Positions 51,646 through 63,463 of a DNA stretch of 64,000 bases are shown here, piece after piece. The translations under genes were made by a program, and so were the position numbers. Every line of letters begins with the position of its first letter. Within the stretch, counting starts at the first letter, position 1. Origin of the DNA: Nemertoderma westbladi (lineage: Eukaryota > Animalia > Xenacoelomorpha); NCBI GenBank assembly GCA_032718475.1, contig JAUCBJ010004223.1, forward strand, positions 19,995 to 83,994, in the 5' to 3' direction. Below the pieces are notes generated by a model, which searched no databases, was not told the DNA's origin, and was given only the letters and a program-made list of their open reading frames with translations.

Positions 51646-52437
51646 AGGTTTACATAAGAACCGCATATCCGACAAGTTACTTTGGTATGTTTGATAATCC
51701 CAATTCATAATAATTGCCTCTGGTATTATAATATGTAAGCAATATACAGTAGTCGCGCAAACAAAGATAAGTTAGTAAAGTGAAGTAGAGTTGATTCTAT
51801 TGGATGTTTGACTACTGGTGTAGCTGCTGGGGTAGCCTAATGTAGGGTATATACCAGGCTCAATTTCTAATACAACGATCAAATCATTATTCAATAATTT
51901 ATATTTTCTATTTTGAATTTTTTATGTTAATTTTAGTAAAAGATTACCCCATTTTGTTTAGATTAATAATGTCTGATCTGACGATGTCTGGCGCTGATGT
52001 GGAGCATTTGTTATTGATGATGTCTGATACACATATGTCACACACTCGCGAGACACATATGATTCTGATGATGTTTGCTATCGAATTCATTCGGTAAATC
52101 TCTGACTGATCCAGATTGCCTTGTTTGGTCAGTTGCATATGATAAATAGGGTCCTTATATTCATTTCATATCGCTATTCTTATTGTACGTGTACCATATG
52201 TTGCTTTTGTCATTGTCGCAATAAACCACGTATCGGTGGGCATTAAAGATATGAGGTTACACTGGTTTGGTTATCACATATTTTCGTAAATATATTGGGA
52301 CGTAGAGTTTCAAGACGTATTTGATGTTGTACTTTTTGAGAGTTCCTATATAGTGTGACAAGTGTATTCATAAAAATTGAGTATACAATATGTCTACATT
52401 GAATGGTGCCCGTTGGAAATTTAAATTGCAATCAAGT

Positions 52438-53126
52438 TAGATAGATTTATTTATACATTATGTAAAAACAATAACAAATACACCAAACAATGTACCGGTA
52501 TAAAGGTATTGTCCAACATAACATATAGGATTACCCCTAAAGCTTTGCAGCTTATTTCCAAGGGGGTCCTTTATGTTACTTGGTTACAAATACAATATTA
52601 CACTACGCTAACCTAAAACCAATATAAAATGTAATTACACTATGCTAACCTAAAACCAATATAAAAGGTAATTACACTATGTACATGTACAACTTTACCG
52701 AGAGCGTGACAATGCCCGACTCAACGATAAAGATGTAATGTACAGAACAATTTAGTATAAAACGTAATTACAGTATAAATAGTAAATAATTAATAAACTA
52801 ATAACTTACTGTAGGACTATTGTACCTATTTTTACATTGCACACGGAGGTGAGATTTAACTGCAGATTTAAAAGAATGTTGATTATTTAGGTTTTTAATT
52901 TCATTAGGCAGAGCGTTCCAATTTTTAATGCCGTTAAAAAGAAAGTATCAGATTCGAAGGATTTACAATTCGGGAGGTAGAAGTTTGAAGCACTAGCTCT
53001 GGTACTGTAAGAGTGTGTATCGCGTACTCTGTTGAATTTTTGTTTTAGGTAATTGGGACATTTACCGTTATACACTTTATGCACATGGTTAAGGCGTAGC
53101 TGCTTAACTCTACTATCTAAGTTAAG
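52438..53126 (-). mobile_element. Second, shorter copy of the L2/Crack-like LINE 3' end
   Basis: Near-identical to 21086-21736, with a 33-bp internal duplication and a 1-bp frameshift. Confidence 0.9.
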
Positions 53127-53481
53127 ACGCAGTTTTAATTTACCTCTTACCCTCTTAGGTTACGGTAGAAGCTGCAAAAACAAAACGTCAAACGGTTAGG
53201 GGTGGGAGTGGTTAACTGGGATCAAAATTTCGGTGTTTGCATAATTTAATGAGTATTTCAAATCTAAAAACGGCTGGTGAGACTGGCGAAGGTGACTGTT
53301 TTACTTCTTGAGTTTAGGCAAACTGTCTGTTTTTTGGTCCTGCGCGCTGGGCATGAAAATGAAAAAAGCACTTCTCCCAGCTACAATTTTAGTTGCTGTA
53401 TTTACTGTTCAAGTGTTTTCATTTTCCAAGTCAGTTTTCGGGTTGAGTCATTCTATAAACATAAATATTAATTACCAAAAG

Positions 53482-53544
53482 AAACAGAGTTAGGGTAAGT
53501 GTTGGGGTCTAAGTTAGACCCAACCACTTACCCTAACTCTGTTT
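53482..53544. repeat. Long near-perfect palindrome (hairpin)
   Basis: aaacagagttagggtaagtg...gggtctaa-g-ttagaccc...cacttaccctaactctgttt. Confidence 0.85.
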
Positions 53545-53655
53545 GTTTTGGTAATTAATATTTATACAATGTTACCGCTGGTAATCGCTTACCGAATTAT
53601 CTCTAATTTATTATATAAACAAACTACAGTAGAGCCATCTGTATCAACATTCACC

Positions 53656-55104
53656 ATGAAAAAATACTTTAAATTGTTTTTGATACTATTTTTGATATTT
53701 ATCTTATATGCCGTGGCCAATTTCGGCCTTGGGTCAGTCAGAGATCGCTATTCAATATCTCCAGATTCAAGCGAAAACAGGGGCAGGAGCGATATATACA
53801 ACTTTGTTAAAAGGTACCCGACCATTCTCATGTGTCCATCCTCGGTCTTTTCCGAGCTGAGGAAAAACTACAAAGACGAAACAAATCTCGAGTCTATTGA
53901 CTACTCTCAACCGGCATCCAATAACACGCATTCAGCTCGTATGACCCGTGCCATTCTGTTCTACTTACCACTGGAACTAGCCGACACTTATATATATCAT
54001 TTCAAATGGGTTTATCGCAGCTGGATCGAAATGCAGAAAACAGAACCAGCACTCTGGCGTACTGACTTGATAATCTTTATCAGTATGGCACACCCAGAGG
54101 CGTTTCAGCGCAATGGCAGTGCTGAGTTCCTCACGAAAATGAACTGTTCATTCAAGAACTTACGTCTCTCGAAGGAGGAGAAGCCCATGTGTACGCTAAT
54201 CGCGCATGAAAACCTATCATCACGTAAACTGTTGAGGCCAGGAAGGGAATTCCAGAGCAATAATCGTACCGAGAAGTACAAGTTTCTGCTCGATGGCCGT
54301 GTTAACATACTGTTGGATGATCCCGACAATTTGGCACCATTCTATAACTTCGTCAAAAAACAGACTCAATCTTACAGGTTCTTGCACTCAGTATTGGTGG
54401 CATTTGAAGGCTATGCGTACTTGAAGAGAGCCGGATATGACTTCGTCATACGCAGTGACATGGACATCTTTTTGACGCCATTGTGTGGCCGGTGGTTGCC
54501 TGCTAAATGTGACGACTTCTATGTGGGACATGGTGGATATTCCGATAAGTTTAATGTTCGTCGGTTGGATAGAATTGCACACAATATTGGGTGGGAGACA
54601 TCATCCCTGGAGAATATTGGCTCGACTTGGTACTCTACAGTAGACCAATTTCGGTTGGTTTCATACTTGACCTTGTTTAGCATGGCCTATTTATCGGCCG
54701 AAGAGTTCACTGAGCCCGAGAAGTTAGAGAAACTTGGCACACAATTATGGCCCTACTGGCACTACGGGGTTTTATCAATGTACGGTCAAAGTTTGGCCAT
54801 TAATCACTTGATCGCCACGAAGCAACTCAACATTGTTCACTTAAAAGATCAACTCGACTTTCCATCATCAATCAATATCTCTATACATAAAATCATTCAT
54901 GTGCACACATATCACAACGCTGAAATATTTTCTAAGTTCGCTTTCAGTTTAGGCAAGTATGATGAAATTGATTTGGACTCGAAGACACTCAAGAAAGAGG
55001 AAGATGTACCTATTTATGCATTGAAAATGGCAATGGAAGGAAAACGAATGAAATACAAAGAGTTAACCAATTTGTTGGATCAAGTGATCTCGAATAAGCT
55101 TTAG
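53656..55104 (+). CDS. Intronless type II membrane protein, putative glycosyltransferase-like (DxD), DUF7164-like
   Basis: ACCATGA start, N-terminal hydrophobic anchor (LFLILFLIFILYAVANFGL), RSDMDIFLTP, YVGHGGY, NIGSTWY, WPYWHYGVLSMYG; AATAAA at ~55201. Family name is from recollection only. Confidence 0.75.
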   Translation: MKKYFKLFLILFLIFILYAVANFGLGSVRDRYSISPDSSENRGRSDIYNFVKRYPTILMCPSSVFSELRKNYKDETNLESIDYSQPASNNTHSARMTRAILFYLPLELADTYIYHFKWVYRSWIEMQKTEPALWRTDLIIFISMAHPEAFQRNGSAEFLTKMNCSFKNLRLSKEEKPMCTLIAHENLSSRKLLRPGREFQSNNRTEKYKFLLDGRVNILLDDPDNLAPFYNFVKKQTQSYRFLHSVLVAFEGYAYLKRAGYDFVIRSDMDIFLTPLCGRWLPAKCDDFYVGHGGYSDKFNVRRLDRIAHNIGWETSSLENIGSTWYSTVDQFRLVSYLTLFSMAYLSAEEFTEPEKLEKLGTQLWPYWHYGVLSMYGQSLAINHLIATKQLNIVHLKDQLDFPSSINISIHKIIHVHTYHNAEIFSKFAFSLGKYDEIDLDSKTLKKEEDVPIYALKMAMEGKRMKYKELTNLLDQVISNKL

Positions 55105-55207
55105 CAGTAGATTTTAGTATATTTTATTTTATTCTTTGTATAATATGCCTAAAGCATTACTGACTGTAGGTATTTCAAAATTATGTATATATTGACACAA
55201 AATAAAG

Positions 55208-55250
55208 TATACATACATATATACATACATACATACACACATACATACAT
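55208..55250. repeat. (TACA)n microsatellite
   Basis: tacatacata...catacat. Confidence 0.8.
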
Positions 55251-55929
55251 GTATCCAACACGAACCATTATGGTCACTATTTGGAAAGCTGTTATGAAGC
55301 TTCTTTTTTACTTATAATCGTATAGCAGGCATCAAAATGCAGGATAACAAAGGTCATTATTTAAATGTGAACAAAAAAAATTCAAATCAATTCCTAAAAA
55401 ACGACTAAACTTAAAAAATAAGCCAATGACCATATGGTACCTTGATGTAAGCGATACTACCATGTGTTTCAACTTGAAGTTAACCATATTGTGTATCATA
55501 CCGATAGTTTAATTAATTAATCTGTTTGCGGGGCGAGCCACGTAGTCTGTGAATTTAGTTTGTGAGAATTGTCCGTCTGTCCATCTGACTCACTCAATGT
55601 TTGAAAGTCAATAATTATCTTAATTTTTCAAACAAAAAGTTTAGAAAGTTTTAAGAATTACATCTAATTTATTTCAGAGGAGGCTCCGTAAATCACGACG
55701 TTCACAGTTTCAGTTTTCACAGTCGGTAATGCCTATTTGCCTAATTGCTACGCCCGAAGTTGCCAAGTTGACAACCTGAAACGACCTTGGAAAAAAACCT
55801 CCCTATGATATTTAATATATTTAATTAATATCACCTGGCAGCAATACCGAGCTGAATATTTATTTATTTGTACTTCCCTCCTGTTTCACTCTAGCATACT
55901 TGAGGCCGTTAGGTCGACTGCGAGTGTCA

Positions 55930-56030
55930 GGGGCTAGTGGCTGAGCTGGTTAGCGCTACTGATGAGGCCTGTTAGGCCGAAACGTGCGTATAGCGCTGGT
56001 TCAACCCCCGGTGACGCGCTCCCATTTTTT
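55930..56030 (+). ncRNA. tRNA-like Pol III unit containing a type I hammerhead ribozyme (core 55952-55997)
   Basis: A box TGGCTGAGCTGG; stem I AGCGCTA/TAGCGCT; CTGATGA; stem II GGCCT-gtt-AGGCC; GAAA; stem III ACG-tg-CGT; cleavage triplet GTA; B box GGTTCAACCCC; T6 terminator. Confidence 0.85.
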
Positions 56031-56239
56031 CCACTTCTGAACAAACCCATAATATTACACCTTTAATTACAGTTGCAACAGCTCATCTCCAATTTATTTA
56101 GTTGTTAAAAAGGCAGTAAGTCTGGCCCTACCGGTAAATGACAGGAATGGAAGTTACAAACTACGCGTAGCTACGCGTAGGCCTACGCGTAGGGCAAAAA
56201 GATTTACCCCATAATGCGATGTGATCGATGCGATGGATG

Positions 56240-59200
56240 GGGTGTGTACAAAACAAAGACCTAAGACCCTACAAAAGTACGACCCCCCCTGGTACAAAAG
56301 TAAGACTCCCCTGGTACAAAAGTAAGACCTCCCGTGGTACAAAAGTAAGACCCCCCCCCCGGTACAAAAGTAAGACCCCCACTGGTACAAAAGTAAGACC
56401 CCCCTGGTACAAAAGTAAGACCCCCACTGGTACAAAAGTAAGACCCCCCTGGTACAAAAGTAAGACCCCCCTGGTACAAAAGTAAGACCCCCCTGGTACA
56501 AAAGTAAGACCCCCCCTGGTACACAAAGACCCCCCTGGTACAAAAGTAAGACCCCCCTGGTACAAAAGTAAGACCCCCCTGGTACAAAAGTAAGACCCCC
56601 CTGGTACAAAAGTAAGACCCCCGTGGTACAAAAGTAAGACCCCCCCCCCCCCCGGTACAAAAGTAAGACCCTCACTGGTACAAAAGTAAGACCCCCCTGG
56701 TACAAAAGTAAGACCCCCCCTGGTACAAAAGTAAGACCCCCCGGTACAAAAGTAAGACCCCCCTGGTACAAAAGTAAGACCCCCTGGTACACAAAGACCC
56801 CCCTGGTACAAAAGTAAGACCCCCCTGGTACAAAAGTAAGACCCCCCTGGTACACAAAGACCCCCCTGGTACAAAAGTAAGACCCCCCTGGTACAAAAGT
56901 AAGACCCCCCTGGTACAAAAGAAAGACCCCCCTGGTACAAAAGTAAGACCCCCCCCCCCGGTACAAAAGTAAGACCCCCACTGGTACAAAAGTAAGACCC
57001 CCCTGGTACAAAAGTAAGACCCCCACTGGTACAAAAGTAAGACCCCCCTGGTACAAAAGTAAGACCCCCCTGGTACAAAAGTAAGACCCCCCTGGTACAA
57101 AAGTAAGACCCCCCTGGTACAAAAGTAAGACTCCCCTGGTACAAAAGTAAGACTCCCCTGGTACAAAAGTAAGACCTCCCGTGGTACAAAAGTAAGACCC
57201 CCCTGGTACAAAAGTAAGACCCCCCTGGTACAAAAGTAAGACCCCCCTGGTACAAAAGTAAGACCCCCCTGGTACAAAAGTAAGACTCCCCTGGTACAAA
57301 AGTAAGACTCCCCTGGTACAAAAGTAAGACCTCCCGTGGTACAAAAGTAAGACCCCCTGGTACAAAAGTAAGACCCCCACTGGTACAAAAGTAAGACCCC
57401 CCTGGTACAAAAGTAAGACCCCCCCCCCCCCGGTACAAAAGTAAGACCCCCACTGGTACAAAAGTAAGACCCCCCTGGTACAAAAGTAAGACCCCCACTG
57501 GTACAAAAGTAAGACCCCCCTGGTACAAAAGTAAGACCCCCCTGGTACAAAAGTAAGACCCCCCTGGTACAAAAGTAAGACCCCCCTGGTACAAAAGTAA
57601 GACTCCCCTGGTACAAAAGTAAGACCTCCCGTGGTACAAAAGTAAGACCCCCCTGGTACAAAAGTAAGACCCCCACTGGTACAAAAGTAAGACCCCCCTG
57701 GTACAAAAGTAAGACCCCCCTGGTACAAAAGTAAGACCCCCCTGGTACAAAAGTAAGACCCCCCTGGTACAAAAGTAAGACTCCCCTGGTACAAAAGTAA
57801 GACTCCCCTGGTACAAAAGTAAGACCTCCCGTGGTACAAAAGTAAGACCCCCCTGGTACAAAAGTAAGACCCCCCTGGTACAAAAGTAAGACCCCCCTGG
57901 TACAAAAGTAAGACACCCCTGGTACAAAAGTAAGACTCCCCTGGTACAAAAGTAAGACTCCCCTGGTACAAAAGTAAGACCTCCCGTGGTACAAAAGTAA
58001 GACCCCCCTGGTACAAAAGTAAGACTCCCCTGGTACAAAAGTAAGACCTCCCGTGGTACAAAAGTAAGACCCCCCCCCCCCCGGTACAAAAGTAAGACCC
58101 CCCTGGTACAAAAGTAAGACCCCCACTGGTACAAAAGTAAGACCCCCCTGGTACAAAAGTAAGACCCCCCTGGTACAAAAGTAAGACCCCCCTGGTACAA
58201 AAGTAAGACCCCCCCTGGTACACAAAGACCCCCCTGGTACAAAAGTAAGACCCCCACTGGTACAAAAGTAAGACCCCCCTGGTACAAAAGTAAGACCCCC
58301 CTGGTACAAAAGTAAGACCCCCCTGGTACAAAAGTAAGACCCCCACTGGTACAAAAGTAAGACCCCCCTGGTACAAAAGTAAGACCCCCCTGGTACAAAA
58401 GTAAGACCCCTCTGGTACAAAAGTAAGACCCCCCTGGTACCAAAGTAAGACTCCCCTGGTACAAAAGTAAGACTCCCCTGGTACAAAAGTAAGACCTCCC
58501 GTGGTACAAAAGTAAGACCCCCCTGGTACAAAAGTAAGACCCCCCTGGTACAAAAGTAAGACCCCCCTGGTACAAAAGTAAGACCCCCCTGGTACAAAAG
58601 TAAGACTCCCCTGGTACAAAAGTAAGACTCCCCTGGTACAAAAGTAAGACCTCCCGTGGTACAAAAGTAAGACCCCCCTGGTACAAAAGTAAGACTCCCC
58701 TGGTACAAAAGTAAGACCTCCCGTGGTACAAAAGTAAGACCCCCCCCCCCCGGTACAAAAGTAAGACCCCCACTGGTACAAAAGTAAGACCCCCCTGGTA
58801 CAAAAGTAAGACCCCCACTGGTACAAAAGTAAGACCCCCCTGGTACAAAAGTAAGACCCCCCTGGTACAAAAGTAAGACCCCCCTGGTACAAAAGTAAGA
58901 CCCCCCCTGGTACACAAAGACCCCCCTGGTACAAAAGTAAGACCCCCCTGGTACAAAAGTAAGACCCCCCTGGTACAAAAGTAAGACCCCCCTGGTACAA
59001 AAGTAAGACCCCCGTGGTACAAAAGTAAGACCCCCCCCCCCCCGGTACAAAAGTAAGACCCTCACTGGTACAAAAGTAAGACCCCCCTGGTACAAAAGTA
59101 AGACCCCCCTGGTACAAAAATAAGACCCCCTGGTACAAAAGTAAGACCCCCCTGGTACAAAAGTAAGACCCCCTGGTACACAAAGACCCCCCTGGTACAA

Positions 59201-59360
59201 AAGTAAGACCCCCCTGGTACAAAAGTAAGACCCCCCTGGTACAAAAGAAAGACCCCCCTGGTACAAAAGTAAGACCCCCCCTGGTACAAAAGTAAGACCC
59301 CCCTGGTACAAAAGCAAAAGTAATGGTAAAAAGTACAAAGGTAAGACCGCCAAGACCCAT
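56240..59360. repeat. 22-bp minisatellite (~140 copies), probably expanded subterminal repeat of a DNA transposon
   Basis: (ggtacaaaagtaagacccccct)n, preceded by gggtgtgtacaaaacaaagacc and degenerating at both ends. Confidence 0.93.
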
Positions 59361-59453
59361 TACCATTTCCCAGTTGAGTTGATAAAAATTGTTATTTAAC
59401 TACAATTAAAACACTATTTATTAAAACAACACAACACAGCAAAACTATTTATT

Positions 59454-59736
59454 AAAACAAAATACAAATTTGGTATTATCTCATGAGTATTTCATAACTA
59501 AATAATTCACATTTGGGTCATTATCCCAAGCCGTTTTTAGACTATACACAACGGATTGACTATATCTAAGCTTAAAAATCTAGGATAAAACAAAATACAA
59601 ATTTGGTATTATCTCATGAGTATTTCATAACTAAATAATTCACATTTGGGTCATTATCCCAAGCCGTTTTTAGACTATACACAACGGATTGACTATATCT
59701 AAGCTTAAAAATCTAGGATAAAACAAAATACAAATT
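59454..59736. repeat. 133-bp tandem duplication
   Basis: aaaacaaaatacaaatttggtattatc...aatctaggat repeated twice plus a partial third start. Confidence 0.9.
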
Positions 59737-59791
59737 CGGAAATAATTACATAATTACAATAATTACAATTCTTTATTACAAATAAAGAAAG

Positions 59792-60020
59792 TTAGCGTTT
59801 CCGGTAATATTTAATAGTATTTAACCGGGCATATATTTGCTTATCGCTCTTTCCTGGAAAAAGCTGCCGAACTTTCGCTATCTTATAGCTGTTTCTAGGC
59901 ATCCTTGCCCCCTTAATCTCGTCCCGGAAGACATCAACCAGTCTTTGGTTGGATCGGGGAGTCCACTCTATACGTGTCTGTCGCCGGCGGTTGAATTGAG
60001 GACGATTGATCGGACTCAAA
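59792..60020 (-). CDS. Terminal exon encoding a Myb/SANT-like domain
   Basis: ttttattttcag acceptor (phase 2); RIEWTPRSNQRLVDVF...LFPGKSDKQIYARL; TAA then AATAAA at ~59772-59777. Confidence 0.65.
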
Positions 60021-60108
60021 CTGAAAATAAAAATACATCTCTATAAATATTAACGTTGTCTAGCTGTGTGTCTGTCAGGTCTGACTGTTTATCTAGCTTC
60101 CTGTCTGG

Positions 60109-61071
60109 TAGGGATGCAACAGCTAAAATTTCATCCGGAGCCGGAGCCCGGAGGTTTCTCCGGGTAACAATGTGAGCTCCGGCCGGAACCAGAGCCGCAG
60201 CTTTGGTGAATTGATAATTCCAATGTACAGCATACAGACAGACGAATGTTCGGGCTTAAATTAATGTTGTTTTAGAGGTCGGCATATTGCATTGGGCAAT
60301 AGGAGCGTATTTTATTCCCCTTTCCCAAATTATTTCGTCAAATTATTAACTCTGAATGACAACAAGGGTCATAAACGATGAATAGTGTCCATTCAACACA
60401 ATGGTGTACGTGATTTTGTTACATTATGTCAACTTATCGGCGTTCTGAATGCTTAATTTTTAGCTTTAGTATTGTAATGTTTAGCGTTTTGGCGCTCTAA
60501 CCAAACATTTCTTGCAAACACTGAAAGTTACAATAACTTTTGAGTGTGCGCACGGATTTTGCTGAAATTGCATGCTAACTTTTTTTACATCGATGCACTT
60601 TTGATTCATGTAATAAAATTTAAGAAATTCCACCAAAATTATTTTCACATTTTCTTATTTTCATTATGTTGCTTTTTTCTCCGTGAAAAAAATTAAATTC
60701 AATTCAATCCTATGGGATACTTATTTCCCTATGGGAAAAAGTGCTTCTTTTACTTCCGATTTTGGGGGATATTCGGATCAAAAACTTGATGAAAGCCATT
60801 GCAGGCTAAGCGTAAGAATATTTACCGTACTGCTGTTACCTTTACTGCAAATATTTGCATATTACAGACACCATTGTGTGAAAAGGGCACTATTCAGCGT
60901 TTATGACCCTTGTGTTTTTTATACTAATTAAAAAACTAATTATTTTAATTGAAATTTTAACAACAGAAGCTCCGGATTGGCTCCGGATGGATTGGCCCGG
61001 AGCCGGAACCAGAGCTAGAAAATTGAGCCGGAGCTCCGGATATCCGGAGCTGGAGCTCTGTTGCATCCCTA
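60109..61071. mobile_element. hAT-family MITE
   Basis: 14-bp TIR tagggatgcaacag/ctgttgcatcccta; 8-bp TSD ctgtctgg (60101-60108, 61072-61079); ccggag subterminal repeats. Confidence 0.93.
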
Positions 61072-61734
61072 CTGTCTGGTATGACTGTCAGTCAGTCAGG
61101 ACTGCCTGTCTGGTCTGGTTGACTAATGGCTACCAGCCATTGGCTAGTATAATATATGTTCTGCTGTTTGTCTGGATGTCGAATACCAACAACAACTTCC
61201 AAATTGTTGTCCCTATTCTCAGCTATTACTCAGTTGTCCAGGTAGTAAACGCAAAAGACGGATATCTCATACTGTACCGAATTCTCTACCGTACCGTCCA
61301 CATTGTCCATAATGTGGCAATATTGTTGCAGGCAACGATCTAGACCAGGCAAAAACAGACAGACAGCCAGACGAGACGGTAGCCAACTTGACCAGAGAGA
61401 CAGGTATATAATATAGCCAAACGTTGCTGACAGACAGATTGACAGTCAAACCGACCAGGCCATTGATATAGACATACACACCAGACAGCCAGTTAGGTCA
61501 AACAGATAGAGAGATAGCCATCCAGAGCCGACAGGCAGATAGACCTATCAGCCAAACAGATGCCGGTCTGCCAGCCAAACAGATACTCTGACAGGCGACG
61601 GTCTGCGGGTTTGCCAGCTTAACAAACCGACAACAAACCAGCCAGACAGACAGCCAGACCTGACAGAAAGATGGAATATGCCTCCTGTTATTTATATGTA
61701 TTTGTGGACCATACTGTATGGTGCTGCATTTAAA

Positions 61735-62378
61735 TGTTATGGACCATATGGTACTAAACATTCACAGTTATGGACCATAAGGTGCTGTTATTATAGTTGT
61801 GGAGTGGACCATATGGTGCTGTTATTCATAGTTGTGAACCATATGGTGCTATTATTCATAGTTATGGACCATATGGTGCTATTATTCATAGTTGTGAACC
61901 ATATGGTGCTATTATTCATAGTTATGGACCATATGGTGCTATTATTCATAGTTGTGAACCATATGGTGCTATTATTCATAGTGTCCCAGTGTCCGAGTGC
62001 ATACAGCGCCTGAACTGCCTTAACATTAGCGATTGGCGCGCGGGTTCAAATCCGACTACAGGCTGTATAAATTTGGCACTGTTGTGTCCCTAAACAAGAC
62101 ACTTCAGAAATTAGTGCTTACGCAAACCCAGCGGTACAATGGGAACCTGGCTTCTGCTGGGGGAGTAAAGCAAGGGGTGGATAGTTATGGATTGTTCACC
62201 CTTGGGAGTTAGTGTGGCGCCCTCCCTACCTTATAGGTAACAGCCGAGAGAGAGGAGCCTTCGGGTCGCCTCCGGTGTTTCGTGTGTCACATGTTCACTG
62301 ATCACTTTTATTATTCATAGTGGTGAACCATATGGTGCTGTTATTCATAGTTGTGCAGTGAACCATATGGTGCTGTTA
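61735..62378. repeat. 30-bp minisatellite interrupted by a SINE
   Basis: (ccatatggtgctattattcatagttgtgaa)n; inverted related copies at 62715-62795. Confidence 0.85.
61981..62308 (+). mobile_element. tRNA-headed SINE with Nin/Deu-domain-like central region
   Basis: A-like agtgtccgagtg, B box GGTTCAAATCC, gttgtgtccctaaacaagacactt and acccagcggtacaatgggaacc motifs; TSD tattattcata (61970-61980, 62309-62319). Confidence 0.8.
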
Positions 62379-63463
62379 GCCATAGGTATCCCGTTAGTAA
62401 ACGCAAAACACGAATATCTTGTTAACTTCTTGTCCATAATGTGTCACAGACCACTAGCCAGACCACGTAGACAAACTACCAAACAGACGGAGGGACAGAC
62501 AGTCATACAGACCAGACAGACAGCCAAAAAGAGACACAATCAGACCAGATGGACAGCCATAGCACACAGACAGAGAGACATTCATACTGTAACCTGCTCC
62601 CTTCCCTTACTTGAAATTTAAGATTGAGGCGAGATATTAATTCGCCGAGATGGGATTTGCGTCCAGTCCCCCCCCCCCCCCCCCCCCCCCTGTCTTGAAA
62701 CTTAACAATAATAACCACATGGTCCACACCTGTAAATAACAGCACCATATGGTCCGCTCCACAACTATAAATAACAGCGTCATGGAGTCCATATATCTGT
62801 CTTGTCCGTCCTTTCTGTTTGGTTGGCTGTTTGTCTGACTGCTTGCTTGCCTGGTTTGATGGTCTGACTGCCTGGATGGCTGTCTGTTTGGCTGACACTG
62901 ATGCTGACAGACTGTCTTTCGTCTGTCTGGCTATCCGTTTGACTGGGAGACTGTCTTCTGGCAGGTCTACCTGCCTGACATGGATGACTGTCTGGTTTGG
63001 CTGTTTGGTTGGCCGTCTCATCTTTCCCTGGCTGGTAAGTCTGTCTCTTTGCCTAGATGTCTGCCTGCTTGATCTGATTGTGAAACGCTTGCCACATCAT
63101 AGACAGAAATATTTTCGTATATTTTTGGTAAGAATATTCAAATTGGCTAAAAGCATACATTTTTGTGTGATTCGGGCTTGAGAAATCGTAACTATATATA
63201 CCACTATTATTTTGTCACTTATTTTATTACAAAATTGAGTTATACCTAATAAAAAACCGACAACACCCTTAGGGATACCTTTTCTAGATATATCTAAAAT
63301 TTGTAAATAGACCTTAGTTAACGAAACCCATGTGACAGTGTGCAAATTAACAAAATCTTAATTGATATATTTACAAGCAGCCTAGGAGCTTTACGCACTG
63401 CGGATGTGCCAATTCCTATACACTTTATGAACGCCCTCTTACGATGCTATAATATGATCTAAC

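Noticed and set aside
56154-59366. 893-1070 aa ORFs in three minus frames
   Set aside because: Artefact of a stop-free 22-bp repeat; all three frames give the same cyclic peptide
61498-63345. Multiple short ORFs
   Set aside because: Fall in CAGA-rich low-complexity tracts, the 30-bp minisatellite and a SINE
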